Sequence record: OR805293.1
Length of the DNA: 64,000 bases
Reading direction: 5' to 3' (one strand)
Below the pieces are notes generated by a model that was given only the letters and a program-made list of their open reading frames with translations, was not told where the DNA came from and did not search any database. Position numbers and translations under genes: made by a program. Positions 50,265 to 58,940 of this stretch are shown piece by piece. The stretch's first letter is position 1; each line of letters opens with the position of its first letter.

Positions 50265-50293
50265 TAGACAAGCAACTGTAAACACTGTATAAT
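50265..50293 (+). promoter_or_regulatory. sigma70-type promoter
   Basis: TAGACA-17 nt-TATAAT. Confidence 0.7.
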
Positions 50294-50320
50294 TGCTTTA
50301 TTATAGTAAGGGATAAAATA

Positions 50321-50617
50321 ATGAACATTCATTTATCTTTTAAGGAACAACTTTCTAAGCTAATTGATGAAAACATAAATAAATACCCCGATGCTATAGA
50401 TTGGATAGTATCTCAAATGGCTTTAATAGATATTGAATCTAAAAAGACAAAAGCAGAATCTATTATGGAAGCTCTTATAGGTGATACTGAATTTTTTAAT
50501 AACCCTATAGAACAGGGTGGAAGTAATAAAGATTTTATAGTGTGGTATGTAACTAAATATAATTGTACTACTAAATACGCTATAGAACGGTTACTTCATT
50601 ATTGTAAACAGAATTAG
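50321..50617 (+). CDS. Hypothetical protein
   Basis: AAGGGA RBS, own promoter. Confidence 0.7.
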   Translation: MNIHLSFKEQLSKLIDENINKYPDAIDWIVSQMALIDIESKKTKAESIMEALIGDTEFFNNPIEQGGSNKDFIVWYVTKYNCTTKYAIERLLHYCKQN

Positions 50618-50704
50618 CCCTTAGGACCGCCAAATGTTTTGGCTTAAGGCGCACCGGTGCTGTATCGGAGCTTAGTGATTCGCTACCACAAAAGCATAAG
50701 CAGC

Positions 50705-50731
50705 TAGGAGACTTAAAACGTCTCCTATTTT
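50705..50731 (+). terminator. Intrinsic terminator
   Basis: TAGGAGAC/GTCTCCTA followed by T-run. Confidence 0.8.
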
Positions 50732-50755
50732 TATATATATACAGGAGTAAAGTAT

Positions 50756-50947
50756 ATGAATAGCGATTATGCCTCTATGTTTATAGTAATATTTGCTATA
50801 TTAGTTGTGTTTATTTGTAGACCGACAACATTTAATGAGCCTAAAAACACTATCGATACAAACAAAAGCAATGTAGCGAACGACAGTATTCCACTTACAG
50901 GAAACATTTCTAGAACACCGGGTATAGGTACAGGTATAGGATTATGA
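50756..50947 (+). CDS. Small membrane-anchored protein
   Basis: AGGAG RBS; N-terminal TM helix. Confidence 0.7.
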   Translation: MNSDYASMFIVIFAILVVFICRPTTFNEPKNTIDTNKSNVANDSIPLTGNISRTPGIGTGIGL

Positions 50948-51096
50948 AAAAGAAAAACCCAATCGAACGCAATCCAGTTGCACATCATGTAAACACATTT
51001 AACAAACCTAAAGTAGAAAAAGACAAGACAAAATACTCTAGGAAACAAAAACACAGGACTAGGAATAGTCCTGATTTTTTATGTATAATATATTGA
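50944..51096 (+). CDS. ArfA-like alternative ribosome-rescue factor (50 codons), not in ORF track
   Basis: MKKKNPIERNPVAHHVNTFNKPKVEKDKTKYSRKQKHRTRNSPDFLCIIY*; KVEKDK and YSRKQKH resemble ArfA RVEKNK and YMRKGKH; ATGA overlap with upstream stop. Confidence 0.6.
   Translation: MKKKNPIERNPVAHHVNTFNKPKVEKDKTKYSRKQKHRTRNSPDFLCIIY
51054..51080 (+). terminator. Intrinsic terminator inside the ArfA-like CDS
   Basis: CAGGACTA-GGAA-TAGTCCTG then ATTTTTT, ending 13 nt before the stop codon. Confidence 0.8.
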
Positions 51097-51122
51097 CAGA
51101 TATTGTATTTGGAATATACAAT
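51093..51122 (+). promoter_or_regulatory. sigma70-type promoter
   Basis: TTGACA-18 nt-TACAAT. Confidence 0.65.
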
Positions 51123-51144
51123 ATGCATAACAAGGAGTGTTATT

Positions 51145-52263
51145 GTGGCAAAAACGAAACATATTTTTAAAGTTCCAGATTATTCTCTTTTAAAATTAGA
51201 TTCTAAGACATATACTAAGGATTATAGGAATGCAATTTGGTATTTGCATTACGAAGCATCTGCTGCTACTCTTAAATCTGCAACACTAAAATGGATTAAA
51301 AATAATACATCTTATGATGTAAAAGATTTATCTTCGTTGAGTGATTCTGATTTTTCTATTATCGGAAAATATTGTACTATACTAAATGCCGGCGGACAAC
51401 TTCCTAGTCATGCTAATTTCGTCGAATCACACATAGACAAGATATTTCAATCTATCAAAAAAGAAGAAATTACAGAAATTGTCGAAGAACCAGAACCTAA
51501 AATAGAGCATGATAGTTGCAAAGTTAAAAAAATAAGTATACAGGATAGAATTAAGAGCCAGGCATATAAAGCTTGCGGAGAAATTGAAGGATTAATAGAT
51601 CAATTTTATAGTAATCCTAGTGAGTTTGTAGTATCCCAACAAGAAATAGAATCCTTATTTAAAAAATCAGAAATAAAATCCCATCATGTAAAATATATTA
51701 CCGAAATATATAGCACTAATAAAAAAGAATTAGAGGAGCTTTCGGCAGGAAAATCCGAACAGTTAAACGAAGGTTATAATTTTTTAACTAAACGGGATAT
51801 AAACAAAGCCATAAAGCTATTTAATTTAATTATAGAAACTGCGTCTAGTAGTAAAATAGTTACTGTTAAAAAACGAGCTAAAAAACAAAAGCCATTGGAT
51901 ATTTCTAAATTAGTTAAATCGTTTAAATATTTAGAAAAAAGCACAGATCTTAACTTAGAAAGTATTAATCCTGTCCATATTGTTGGTGCAAAAGAAGTAT
52001 GGGTGTTTAATACAAAAAGTAGAAAGTTAGGAAAATATATTGCTTTAGACACTACAGGTCTATCAATAAAAGGAACTACTATAACTAATTTTTCCGAAAA
52101 AAGCATAGAAAAAACTATTCGTAAACCGGAAGAATATTTTAAAAATATTAAGAAAATTTCTAAAAAGGCAAAAGAAAAATTATTTGTAGATACTAAATCT
52201 GTCGAAACTAAACTAAAAGGAAGAACAAACGAGCATTGTATCATTCTTGAGGTTATAAAATAA
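51145..52263 (+). CDS. Hypothetical protein of a type seen in T4-like phages
   Basis: GTG 51145 after AAGGAG; C-terminal IVGAKEVWVFNTKSRKLG...KTIRKPE domain. Confidence 0.75.
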   Translation: MAKTKHIFKVPDYSLLKLDSKTYTKDYRNAIWYLHYEASAATLKSATLKWIKNNTSYDVKDLSSLSDSDFSIIGKYCTILNAGGQLPSHANFVESHIDKIFQSIKKEEITEIVEEPEPKIEHDSCKVKKISIQDRIKSQAYKACGEIEGLIDQFYSNPSEFVVSQQEIESLFKKSEIKSHHVKYITEIYSTNKKELEELSAGKSEQLNEGYNFLTKRDINKAIKLFNLIIETASSSKIVTVKKRAKKQKPLDISKLVKSFKYLEKSTDLNLESINPVHIVGAKEVWVFNTKSRKLGKYIALDTTGLSIKGTTITNFSEKSIEKTIRKPEEYFKNIKKISKKAKEKLFVDTKSVETKLKGRTNEHCIILEVIK

Positions 52264-52298
52264 ATAGTGTTATCTATATACAGAGGCACTTTATAAAA

Positions 52299-53051
52299 AT
52301 GGCTACAAGTACAGCAAGAACAGAAATAAAGAAACAAATAATGCGAAGACTGGGAAATAGTATGACTGATGTAGAACTAGACCCAGAAGATTTAGATTTA
52401 GCAATAGATTTTGCAATAGATAGATACCGCCAGCGCGCCGAAAATGCTTGCATGGAAAGTATGCTGTTTATAACTCTGCAAAGAGATGAAACTGAATACA
52501 CTTTACCTACTGAAGTTCAAGAAGTAAGACGACTATATCGTAGATCTGTTGGATCAGGAACATCTGGCGGCACTAACTTTGATCCGTTTGAATCTGCATT
52601 TTCGAATATATTCTTTTTACAAGCAGGGCGAACTGGCGGTCTAGCAACATGGCATCTATTTTCCGAATACCAAGAAACTTTAGGAAGAATATTTGGATCT
52701 GAAATAAACTTTACATGGAACTATGCAGATAGAAAACTTACTATCATGCGAAAATTCCAAGGTGCCGAAACAGTATTAGTAGTTGTGTGGGTAGCAAAAT
52801 CTGAAGATGTGCTTTTGACTGATGTATATAGTAGACCGTGGTTAAGAGATTATGCCATTGCCCAGTCTAAATATATGTTAGGTGAAGCACGTAGTAAATT
52901 TACTAATGGCTTACCAGGACCGAACGGTAGTGTTACTTTAAACGGCGATCAGTTAAAACAAGAAGCATTTGCTGAAATGGAACGTTTAGAAAACGAAATT
53001 ATAAATTATACAACCGGAACATCGTTTGGTATGCCATTCATTATTGGATAA
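52299..53051 (+). CDS. gp13: Neck protein
   Basis: RRLG...VELDPEDL; WLRDYAIAQSKYMLGEARSKF...LPGPNGSVTLNG. Confidence 0.9.
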   Translation: MATSTARTEIKKQIMRRLGNSMTDVELDPEDLDLAIDFAIDRYRQRAENACMESMLFITLQRDETEYTLPTEVQEVRRLYRRSVGSGTSGGTNFDPFESAFSNIFFLQAGRTGGLATWHLFSEYQETLGRIFGSEINFTWNYADRKLTIMRKFQGAETVLVVVWVAKSEDVLLTDVYSRPWLRDYAIAQSKYMLGEARSKFTNGLPGPNGSVTLNGDQLKQEAFAEMERLENEIINYTTGTSFGMPFIIG

Positions 53052-53052
53052 A

Positions 53053-53697
53053 TGGATGATTATAGGGACGTTAGGATTTATTGGGTCAGGAAAAAATACT
53101 GTAGCAAAATATTTAGTTGAAAATCATAATTTTATACAGGATAGTTTTGCGGCAGCGTTAAAGGATTTACTGTCATCTACTTTTAGTTGGGATAGAACGT
53201 TATTAGAAGGTACTACACCGGAATCTAGGCGTTGGAGAGAAACTACAGATACATGGTGGGCGACAAAGTTAGGTATACCTAATTTTACTCCTAGGTATGC
53301 AATGCAATATATAGGAACCGATGTATTACGGATGCATTTTAATGATAATTTATGGATATTAACATTAGAAAAGCGATTAGAATCATTTATACAAAATAAT
53401 AAGAATGTAGTAGTATCTGATGTAAGATTTAAAAATGAATATAATATGCTAAAGCAATATGGTACAAAGTTCATATATGTAGAAAACGTTATCCCAGAAT
53501 GGTATAATATTGCATTAGATTTAAATACATCAGATTATACTGATAAAGAAAAACAAAATATTATCGAGAATTCGTCATTAAAAGGTGTCCATATATCTGA
53601 ATGGGACTGGGTAGGATTGGGTTACGATGAGAAAATTATTAATAATAGTACACTGGAAGAACTGTTTCTAACTGTAGATAGTATTATTAATAAATAA
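53053..53697 (+). CDS. gp1: Deoxynucleoside monophosphate kinase
   Basis: MIIGTLGFIGSGKNT P-loop, FAAALKD, TPRYAMQYIGTD, VVSDVRF; start at ATG of MIIG. Confidence 0.9.
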   Translation, partial: WMIIGTLGFIGSGKNTVAKYLVENHNFIQDSFAAALKDLLSSTFSWDRTLLEGTTPESRRWRETTDTWWATKLGIPNFTPRYAMQYIGTDVLRMHFNDNLWILTLEKRLESFIQNNKNVVVSDVRFKNEYNMLKQYGTKFIYVENVIPEWYNIALDLNTSDYTDKEKQNIIENSSLKGVHISEWDWVGLGYDEKIINNSTLEELFLTVDSIINK

Positions 53698-53700
53698 TAT

Positions 53701-53724
53701 AAATAGGGGCAATGCCCCTATTTT
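53701..53724 (+). terminator. Intrinsic terminator
   Basis: AAATAGGGGC-AAT-GCCCCTATTT. Confidence 0.8.
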
Positions 53725-53760
53725 ATTGAGTGTTATATCTGCAATGATTATTAAGTATGC

Positions 53761-53768
53761 GATAAATA
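53761..53768 (+). promoter_or_regulatory. Putative late promoter GATAAATA
   Basis: Upstream of tail sheath. Confidence 0.7.
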
Positions 53769-53814
53769 CTGATATCGTAATACTGTATAATTCATAAAGG
53801 GAGATTATAACACA

Positions 53815-56454
53815 ATGGCAACTCTCATTTCTCCGGGTGTAAGTGTAACTATAACAGACGAATCTTTTTATGCATCGTCTGGTCCGGGAACTGTACCGCT
53901 TATAATCATAGCAACTGCTCAAGATAAAACTGATAGTGCCGGTACTGGAATTGCACCGGGAACCACTAGACAAAATGCAGGTAGACTATGGCTAATTAGT
54001 TCTCAAAGAGAACTACTACAAACGTTTGGTGTTCCGACTTTTAAAACAGTTGGAGGAACTGCATTACACGGATATGAACTAAATGAATATGGATTGTTAG
54101 CAGCACATTCGTATTTAGGAATATCTAATAGAGCCTATGTTGTGCGGGCAGACGTAGATACATCTCAGTTAGAACCTTCTGACACCGAGCCCACTGCTAA
54201 TCCTGCAGACAACACCTATTGGTTAAACCCTACAAAAGTTGTGTCGGGATTATATGAGTCTAACGGCACTGACTGGGTAAAAGCAAATGTATTTTATGCA
54301 ACTGAATTTGACGCAGCTGGTCGCCCAGCAAATGTTCCGTCTAGTTACAAATATGCAATGTCAGTAGGACAAGCTGCTCCTAACGTAGAAAATGCAATAT
54401 ATAGACGCAATATATCCGGCGCCTGGGTTTTAATTACTGCTAACGATAATACAGTTGTATATAATAAGGTATATCCTGTAGTGGGTGCTGTAGGGAATCT
54501 ATGGGTAAACCTAAGGGAAACTTCATATGCATTGTCTAGATTCGATGCAAATGTAGGAAGTTTTGTATCCGTATCTACTCCTTTGTACAAAACGAGCGAT
54601 GATGCTACCGACGGCTTTGGAACTACACTACGCCAGGGCTCAGTGTTTGTGCAATATAATGCAAAAGGAACATTATCTAGTGCAGTTAATCCTGCAGTAA
54701 CTGAACTACAACATAAGGTAAAAATACACAACGGTAATACTTTCACTGCTGTTTCTGTAACCTTAGCAGCAACTGGTCCTTATAGCGATACATTAGTATT
54801 AGGACGCTATAACGGAACATCAGTGACAGTTAACGCATCTGGTTCTAGCGTAGAGACATTTGCTCAATCGTTAGGACAAGCTTTAGTTTCTAACGGTGTT
54901 ACTGATATTTCAGTTAATTATAATACTGCCACTAGAATGGTAGCGTTAGTTAACGATAGTGGAAAAGATATAATAGTTACATCATCTACTATGTTTAGTG
55001 CCGGCATATATTCTAATTGGGTTCCACTAGAATATAGTTCTGCTGTAAAACAACCGTCCGGTCAATTAGATAACGGTACATTGTGGTACAGCACAGATTA
55101 TAAAGTTGACATTCTAGTTAATGATGGCGTAGGAGCATGGACTGATTTAGCTGGCAGTTTATTTGTACAAAGTGCTGAACCTACTGCTAACGTAGCTGAC
55201 GGCGATGTATGGGTAAGCACTTCGTCTGCAGGCAATTATCCGGTTATATATCGTAGGGTAAATAACCAGTGGAGATTAGTAGATAATACTGATCAAACAA
55301 CACCTAACGGTGTAATATTTGCCGATGCAAGACCTGTAAATTCCGGAGCATTAGATGCAGACGCACCGGACGCACTTGCATATCCGCAGGGAATCTTGCT
55401 ATTTAATACTCGCTATTCCACACGTAACGTTAAACAATGGCAAAATAATTATACCTTTGAAGGTAACGTTATAGGAGATAGATGGGTATCTGTTAGCGGT
55501 TTAAGATCGGATGGTTCTTTATACACCGGGGGTGAAGCAGTTAAACAAGTGGTCGTTCGTTCTATTGCTAGCACAATACAGGCTAATGAAGATATTCGTT
55601 CTGAAAACGTGTTTTATAACCTAATTGCTGCGCCAGGCTATCCTGAACTAATAGACGAGTTAGTAGCATTAAACGTTGATAGAAAACAAACTGCATTTGT
55701 TATAGGCGATTCGCCATTTACTTTGAGTGCAACTGGTACTAATTTACAAGAATGGTCTTCTAATTCTAAATTAGCAACAGAAAACGGTTCAGATGGATTA
55801 GTTACTGCTGATCCGTATTTAGGTGTATATTATCCGTCCGGTCTAAGTACAGATCTAAATGGTAACAATGTAGTTGTTCCTCCTAGTCATATGTTACTTC
55901 GTACTATTGCGTATAATGACCAGGTTGCATATCCGTGGTTCGCTCCGGCAGGATATCAACGCGGTATAGTGTCTAACGCAACTTCGGTAGGTTATATAAA
56001 CAGCGAAGGTGAATTCGTTGCAGTTTCGTTAAATGAAGGACAGCGGGATACTCTGTATACCAATAATGTTAACCCAATATCGCAAGTGCCTAATAGAGGT
56101 ATAGTAGTATGGGGTCAAAAATCTAGAAATCCAGTTACTTCGTCATTGGATAGAGTTAACGTAGCAAGATTGGTAAACTATGTTAGATATCAATTAGATT
56201 TGTTGCTAAAACCGTTTGTATTCGAGCCAAACGATTCACGTACTCGTCAAGCAGTGCAGGTAGCAGTAGAGGCTTTCTTAAGCGAAATAGTAACATTACG
56301 CGGTATCACTGATTTCGTTGTAGACTGTTCTGATTCTAATAATACTCCGGATCGTATAGATAGAAACGAATTGTGGGTTGACGTTGCAATAGTGCCCACC
56401 CGTGCAGTTGAATTTATTTATGTTCCGATTCGTTTGCAAAATACTGGATCTTAA
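53815..56454 (+). CDS. gp18: Tail sheath protein
   Basis: MATLISPGVSVTITDES; PWFAPAGYQRG; WGQKS...LDRVNVARL; FVFEPND; EFIYVPIR. Confidence 0.97.
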   Translation: MATLISPGVSVTITDESFYASSGPGTVPLIIIATAQDKTDSAGTGIAPGTTRQNAGRLWLISSQRELLQTFGVPTFKTVGGTALHGYELNEYGLLAAHSYLGISNRAYVVRADVDTSQLEPSDTEPTANPADNTYWLNPTKVVSGLYESNGTDWVKANVFYATEFDAAGRPANVPSSYKYAMSVGQAAPNVENAIYRRNISGAWVLITANDNTVVYNKVYPVVGAVGNLWVNLRETSYALSRFDANVGSFVSVSTPLYKTSDDATDGFGTTLRQGSVFVQYNAKGTLSSAVNPAVTELQHKVKIHNGNTFTAVSVTLAATGPYSDTLVLGRYNGTSVTVNASGSSVETFAQSLGQALVSNGVTDISVNYNTATRMVALVNDSGKDIIVTSSTMFSAGIYSNWVPLEYSSAVKQPSGQLDNGTLWYSTDYKVDILVNDGVGAWTDLAGSLFVQSAEPTANVADGDVWVSTSSAGNYPVIYRRVNNQWRLVDNTDQTTPNGVIFADARPVNSGALDADAPDALAYPQGILLFNTRYSTRNVKQWQNNYTFEGNVIGDRWVSVSGLRSDGSLYTGGEAVKQVVVRSIASTIQANEDIRSENVFYNLIAAPGYPELIDELVALNVDRKQTAFVIGDSPFTLSATGTNLQEWSSNSKLATENGSDGLVTADPYLGVYYPSGLSTDLNGNNVVVPPSHMLLRTIAYNDQVAYPWFAPAGYQRGIVSNATSVGYINSEGEFVAVSLNEGQRDTLYTNNVNPISQVPNRGIVVWGQKSRNPVTSSLDRVNVARLVNYVRYQLDLLLKPFVFEPNDSRTRQAVQVAVEAFLSEIVTLRGITDFVVDCSDSNNTPDRIDRNELWVDVAIVPTRAVEFIYVPIRLQNTGS

Positions 56455-56473
56455 CATAAATTAGTAATGCAAA

Positions 56474-56500
56474 ATAAAAAGGCACTAAGTGCCTTTTTAT
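56474..56500 (+). terminator. Intrinsic terminator after gp18
   Basis: ATAAAAAGGCAC-TAA-GTGCCTTTTTAT. Confidence 0.85.
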
Positions 56501-56529
56501 TTGACTATAAATTATATCTATAGTATACT
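56501..56529 (+). promoter_or_regulatory. sigma70-type promoter of homing endonuclease 2
   Basis: TTGACT-17 nt-TATACT. Confidence 0.75.
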
Positions 56530-56555
56530 ATTGTTTAAAACTAAGGATTGCTTTT

Positions 56556-58172
56556 ATGTCTATTGTATGTAAAATTTGTAATAAATCATTTCCTAGTATG
56601 ATTACAAGCACACATCTAAAAACACATAACATCACTACTGCAGAATACAAAGATCTTTATGGAAAATATTCTCTTGTATCAGATGAATATAGATCAAAGC
56701 GGTCAGAACAGTCATCTGGCATTAATAATCCTAATTATGGAAATAAATGGTCAGACAGCATGAAAGAATCTATGTCTAATAAAAAATCCGGAACTATTCC
56801 GTGGAATAAAGGCATAGAGTTACACGATACTACTATGTACGTGAAATCTGCAGAACAGAGAGAACTAAAGTACAAAGAAGGGATACTAACTAGGAAATCA
56901 TATGTTAGAACTGTAGAAATAAATAAAAAAATTTCTGATAGTGTGAAGAAGTATGCTGCAGAAAATAAAGAAGAAATAAAACAGAGAAGTGCCAAAGCAA
57001 AATATACATATAGTACAAAGAAAACGTTAGGGTTAGTGCAAATACGAAAAGGATATAAGTTAACAAAATCACACAAAGAAATAGCTATACAAACATTAAA
57101 CAATTATAGGGCTTCTAAAATAGCTGAATCTAATAAACAAATAGAAAGTAATATATCTCTTGCAAATCTAACACTATTAAATGACATAAATGAAAACAGC
57201 TTAGTGTTAAGGTGTAATATATGTAATAATGAATGTTCTTTTACAAAACAATATTTTAGAGCTAGTAAATTTAAAATAGAATTATGTCCTGTATGTTATC
57301 CTAGAAATAGTAATAGATCTGAAAAAGAAAAAGAATTAGAATATTTTATAACAAGTTTAGGTATTTCGTGTATAAATTCTGCACGTATAAACAATAAAGA
57401 AATAGATATATTTTGTAAAGAATTAAATATTGGATTTGAATTTAACGGATTATACTGGCATAGTGAGGATGTTTTAGAGTATTCTGGGTATAGTAAAACA
57501 AAAGATTACGAAAAGAAAATATTTTTTAGAGATAAAGGAATTAGATTAATTCAAATATTTGAAGATGAGTGGGACTTAAAGCAAGATATAGTAAAGAGTA
57601 GAATAAGAGCTATATTAGGAAAAACAGAACACAAAATATATGCAAGGAAATGTGCTGTTAAAGAAATAAATTCTAAAGTTGCAAATGATTTTGTAGAAAA
57701 AACACATTTACAAGGTAAAGGTAGAGCAAATGTAAGATTAGGGTTGTATTATAACAATGAACTAGTTTCTGTAATGACATTTTTAAATAAAGATATTACT
57801 AATAAAACATCGAGCTGTCAGATAAATCGTTTTAGTGTAAAACATAATACATCTATCCCCGGCGCCGCTGGAAAATTATTTGCTTACTATATAAACAATT
57901 ATAATCCGTCTAGTGTTATTTCGTATGCAGATTCTCGCTGGTCTGATGGTAATTTGTATGAACAGCTAGGATTTAAATTAGATAAACAGACACTCCCTAA
58001 TTACTGGTATATAAAAGATAATGATCTTAAAAGATATCATAGATACAATTTTAGAAAAGATAAGTTGCCTGAAACTTTACTAACAGAAAAAGAATATATG
58101 GATAGTTTGGGATGGAATAGAATATGGGATTCGGGATCTACTAAATGGGTTTGGACAAATAAAGGGGCATAA
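56556..58172 (+). mobile_element. Free-standing Hef-like homing endonuclease gene (paralog of 22302)
   Basis: Zinc finger CKIC..HLKTH; NUMOD-like IPWNKG; EIDIFCKELNIGFEFNGLYWHS; IYARKC; WDSGSTKWVW. Confidence 0.75.
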
Positions 58173-58186
58173 TGCCCCTTTATTTG
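58156..58186 (+). terminator. Intrinsic terminator
   Basis: CAAATAAAGGGGCAT/ATGCCCCTTTATTTG. Confidence 0.8.
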
Positions 58187-58215
58187 TATCCTATAATGAA
58201 AAATTGTTAGTTACT

Positions 58216-58223
58216 GATAAATA
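58216..58223 (+). promoter_or_regulatory. Putative late promoter GATAAATA
   Basis: Upstream of tail tube gene. Confidence 0.7.
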
Positions 58224-58260
58224 TGTTTATCGTAATAACGAGACATTAATAGGAGAATGT

Positions 58261-58881
58261 ATGGCAACATTAGACAAATTTGGGGTACCAAGTTCGGCAG
58301 GTTCAGAACGCGGTATTTTGCAACCCAAGCTCCAGTACAAGTTTCGCGTGAGTTTTGATGGTTTTGGCGATGGATCTAATTCTCGCCAGTTAACCCAGAG
58401 CGTAGTTTCTGTCGAAAGACCGAAAATAAACCATGCGTCGACTGCTGTTCATTCGTATAACTCTGTAGCATATGCTATGGGCAAACACGAATGGCAAACT
58501 ATCGAAATTGTATTGCGTGACGATATTCAAAACTCAGTTGTTAATGTAGTTGGTAAACAATTGCAGAAACAAATGAACCATTTTGAACAATCTAGCCCAG
58601 TAGCTGGTAGAAACTATAAATTTACTATGAGAATAGAATCTCTAGACGGAAACAACAATACTGCACCATTAGAATACTGGGATGCAGAAGGTTGTTTTTT
58701 ACTTGATGTAAACTATGGTTCTCGTGCATATGATAGCTCTGAACTTACCTTAATAACCCTTACTGTTCGTGCAGATAACTATACTCATCATGCAGGCGGC
58801 AACGAAGTTGCACTCGGCGGCGATCCGTTTACTGACGACGATGCCGGATTACGCGGTGCACCTGGTGCTCGTGTAAACTAA
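58261..58881 (+). CDS. gp19: Tail tube protein
   Basis: LQPKLQYKFRVSF...GKHEWQTIEIVLRDD; ATG 58261 after AGGAG; follows sheath. Confidence 0.85.
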   Translation: MATLDKFGVPSSAGSERGILQPKLQYKFRVSFDGFGDGSNSRQLTQSVVSVERPKINHASTAVHSYNSVAYAMGKHEWQTIEIVLRDDIQNSVVNVVGKQLQKQMNHFEQSSPVAGRNYKFTMRIESLDGNNNTAPLEYWDAEGCFLLDVNYGSRAYDSSELTLITLTVRADNYTHHAGGNEVALGGDPFTDDDAGLRGAPGARVN

Positions 58882-58889
58882 TAAGAAAT

Positions 58890-58916
58890 CTGCAAGCTAT
58901 TTTACTTAGCTTGCAG
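58890..58916 (+). terminator. Hairpin/terminator after tail tube
   Basis: CTGCAAGCTA/TAGCTTGCAG 10-bp stem. Confidence 0.6.
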
Positions 58917-58940
58917 TTATTCTTTTTATTGGATTTATAT

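Noticed and set aside
50617-50705. Possible tRNA (TTCG..CTACCA)
   Set aside because: Cannot be folded into a cloverleaf with acceptor stem and anticodon arm
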